The notes under the pieces: generated by a model
What the model saw: the letters and a program-made list of their open reading frames with translations, nothing else
Databases searched by the model: none
What the model was told of the DNA's origin: nothing
NCBI GenBank assembly: GCA_041497895.1
Contig: JBGQHJ010000031.1
Coordinates: 1-37,727, forward strand
DNA from: Candidatus Methylomirabilia bacterium
GTDB lineage: Bacteria > Methylomirabilota > Methylomirabilia > Rokubacteriales > CSP1-6
Direction of reading: 5' to 3'
DNA: 37,727 nucleotides
Shown: positions 36,908 through 37,727 of the stretch, piece after piece
Position numbering within the stretch: position 1 is the stretch's first letter
How the letters are laid out: the number at the start of each line of letters is the position of its first letter
Translations under genes and position numbers: made by a program

Positions 36908-37699
36908 CTACCCGCCCAGCAGCCGCCTCAGCTGGGACATGGACTTGACCATATAGTGCGCCACACCATCGGGACCGCCCTTGGGCGCGAAGAGCACCGC
37001 GGTCATGCCGACGCGCCGGGCGCCGCGCACGTCCGAGTCCACGCTGTCGCCCACCATGGCCGCCTCGTCGACACCCAGGCCCATCCGCTGGAGTGCCAGC
37101 TCGAAGAGCGGCGGCTCGGGCTTGCCCACCACGATCGGACGCAGGCCCGCCGCGGTGGCCACCGCCTCGACGATGGCTCCGCAGCCGGGCAGGAACTCGC
37201 CGTTCTCCATCGGCAGTCGCGGGTCGATGTTCGGGGTGAGGAAGGCGGCGCCGGCCGCGACCGCGCGCGCCGCCGCGGTGAGGCGCTCGTAGGTGAAGTC
37301 GAAGTCGTTGCCCACCACCACCACCGTGGCGTCGCGGGAGTGGTCGATCGGCACCAGGCTGTGGCCGGCCTCGACCAGGACCTCCGCCAGCTCGGGCCCG
37401 CCGATCGCCAGCACCCGGGACGGGCCCCAGCGCTGGGCCACCACCTCGCCCAGGATCTCGAGCGGCGTGAGCACCTCGGGCTCCTTGGCCTCCACCCCCA
37501 GGCGCACGAGCTTGGCCTGCATGGTCCGGGCCCGGGCGCGCGAGTTGTTGGTGAGGAAGCAGAGGGCCTTGCCCTGCTGGCGGATCAGGGCGAGTACCTG
37601 GGCGGCTCCGGGGGTGAGGACGTCGCCGGTCCAGACGCACCCGTCGAGGTCGAAGACGAAGCCGCGCATCTCGCGCAGGGTACGCCGGGTGGGGCTCAT
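36908..37699 (-). CDS. HAD-IIA family hydrolase (NagD-like)
   Basis: FDLDGCVW, LTNNS, NID, VGKPE, MVGDSVDSDVRGA. Confidence 0.9.
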   Translation of the reverse strand: MSPTRRTLREMRGFVFDLDGCVWTGDVLTPGAAQVLALIRQQGKALCFLTNNSRARARTMQAKLVRLGVEAKEPEVLTPLEILGEVVAQRWGPSRVLAIGGPELAEVLVEAGHSLVPIDHSRDATVVVVGNDFDFTYERLTAAARAVAAGAAFLTPNIDPRLPMENGEFLPGCGAIVEAVATAAGLRPIVVGKPEPPLFELALQRMGLGVDEAAMVGDSVDSDVRGARRVGMTAVLFAPKGGPDGVAHYMVKSMSQLRRLLGG

Positions 37700-37727
37700 G
37701 GTCGCGGTCGGATACTATCACGCGGGC

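Overview
High-GC bacterial chromosomal window. Gene style (many LLM oxidoreductases, family-5 ABC transporter without ATPase, plant-type thrC) suggests Ca. Rokubacteria/Methylomirabilota; this is inference only. It holds about 35 genes, mostly catabolic or redox enzymes and transporters, and I found no rRNA, tRNA, CRISPR array or intact transposase. Main points: (1) A tightly coupled minus-strand envelope operon (8922->4071) encodes a small signal-peptide/single-TM protein with an AxA|YLDPGTGS motif, a TagF-like CDP-glycerol glycerophosphotransferase, a YejM/LtaS-like membrane sulfatase-fold enzyme and a YidC paralog carrying a 12-bp VNTR. This is the best candidate for an undescribed system. 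(2) A sigma54 promoter drives a c-di-GMP-I riboswitch whose translational OFF platform can be read from the sequence, upstream of an unknown exported protein. (3) A two-subunit cupin hydroquinone 1,2-dioxygenase lies behind a frameshifted MhqR-like MarR and is followed by a LivM permease remnant. (4) A sigma54/IHF-controlled four-gene nucleotide-sugar cassette. (5) Several genes have a -10 box 8-9 nt before ATG, a leaderless signature. All calls come from reading the sequence; no searches were run.
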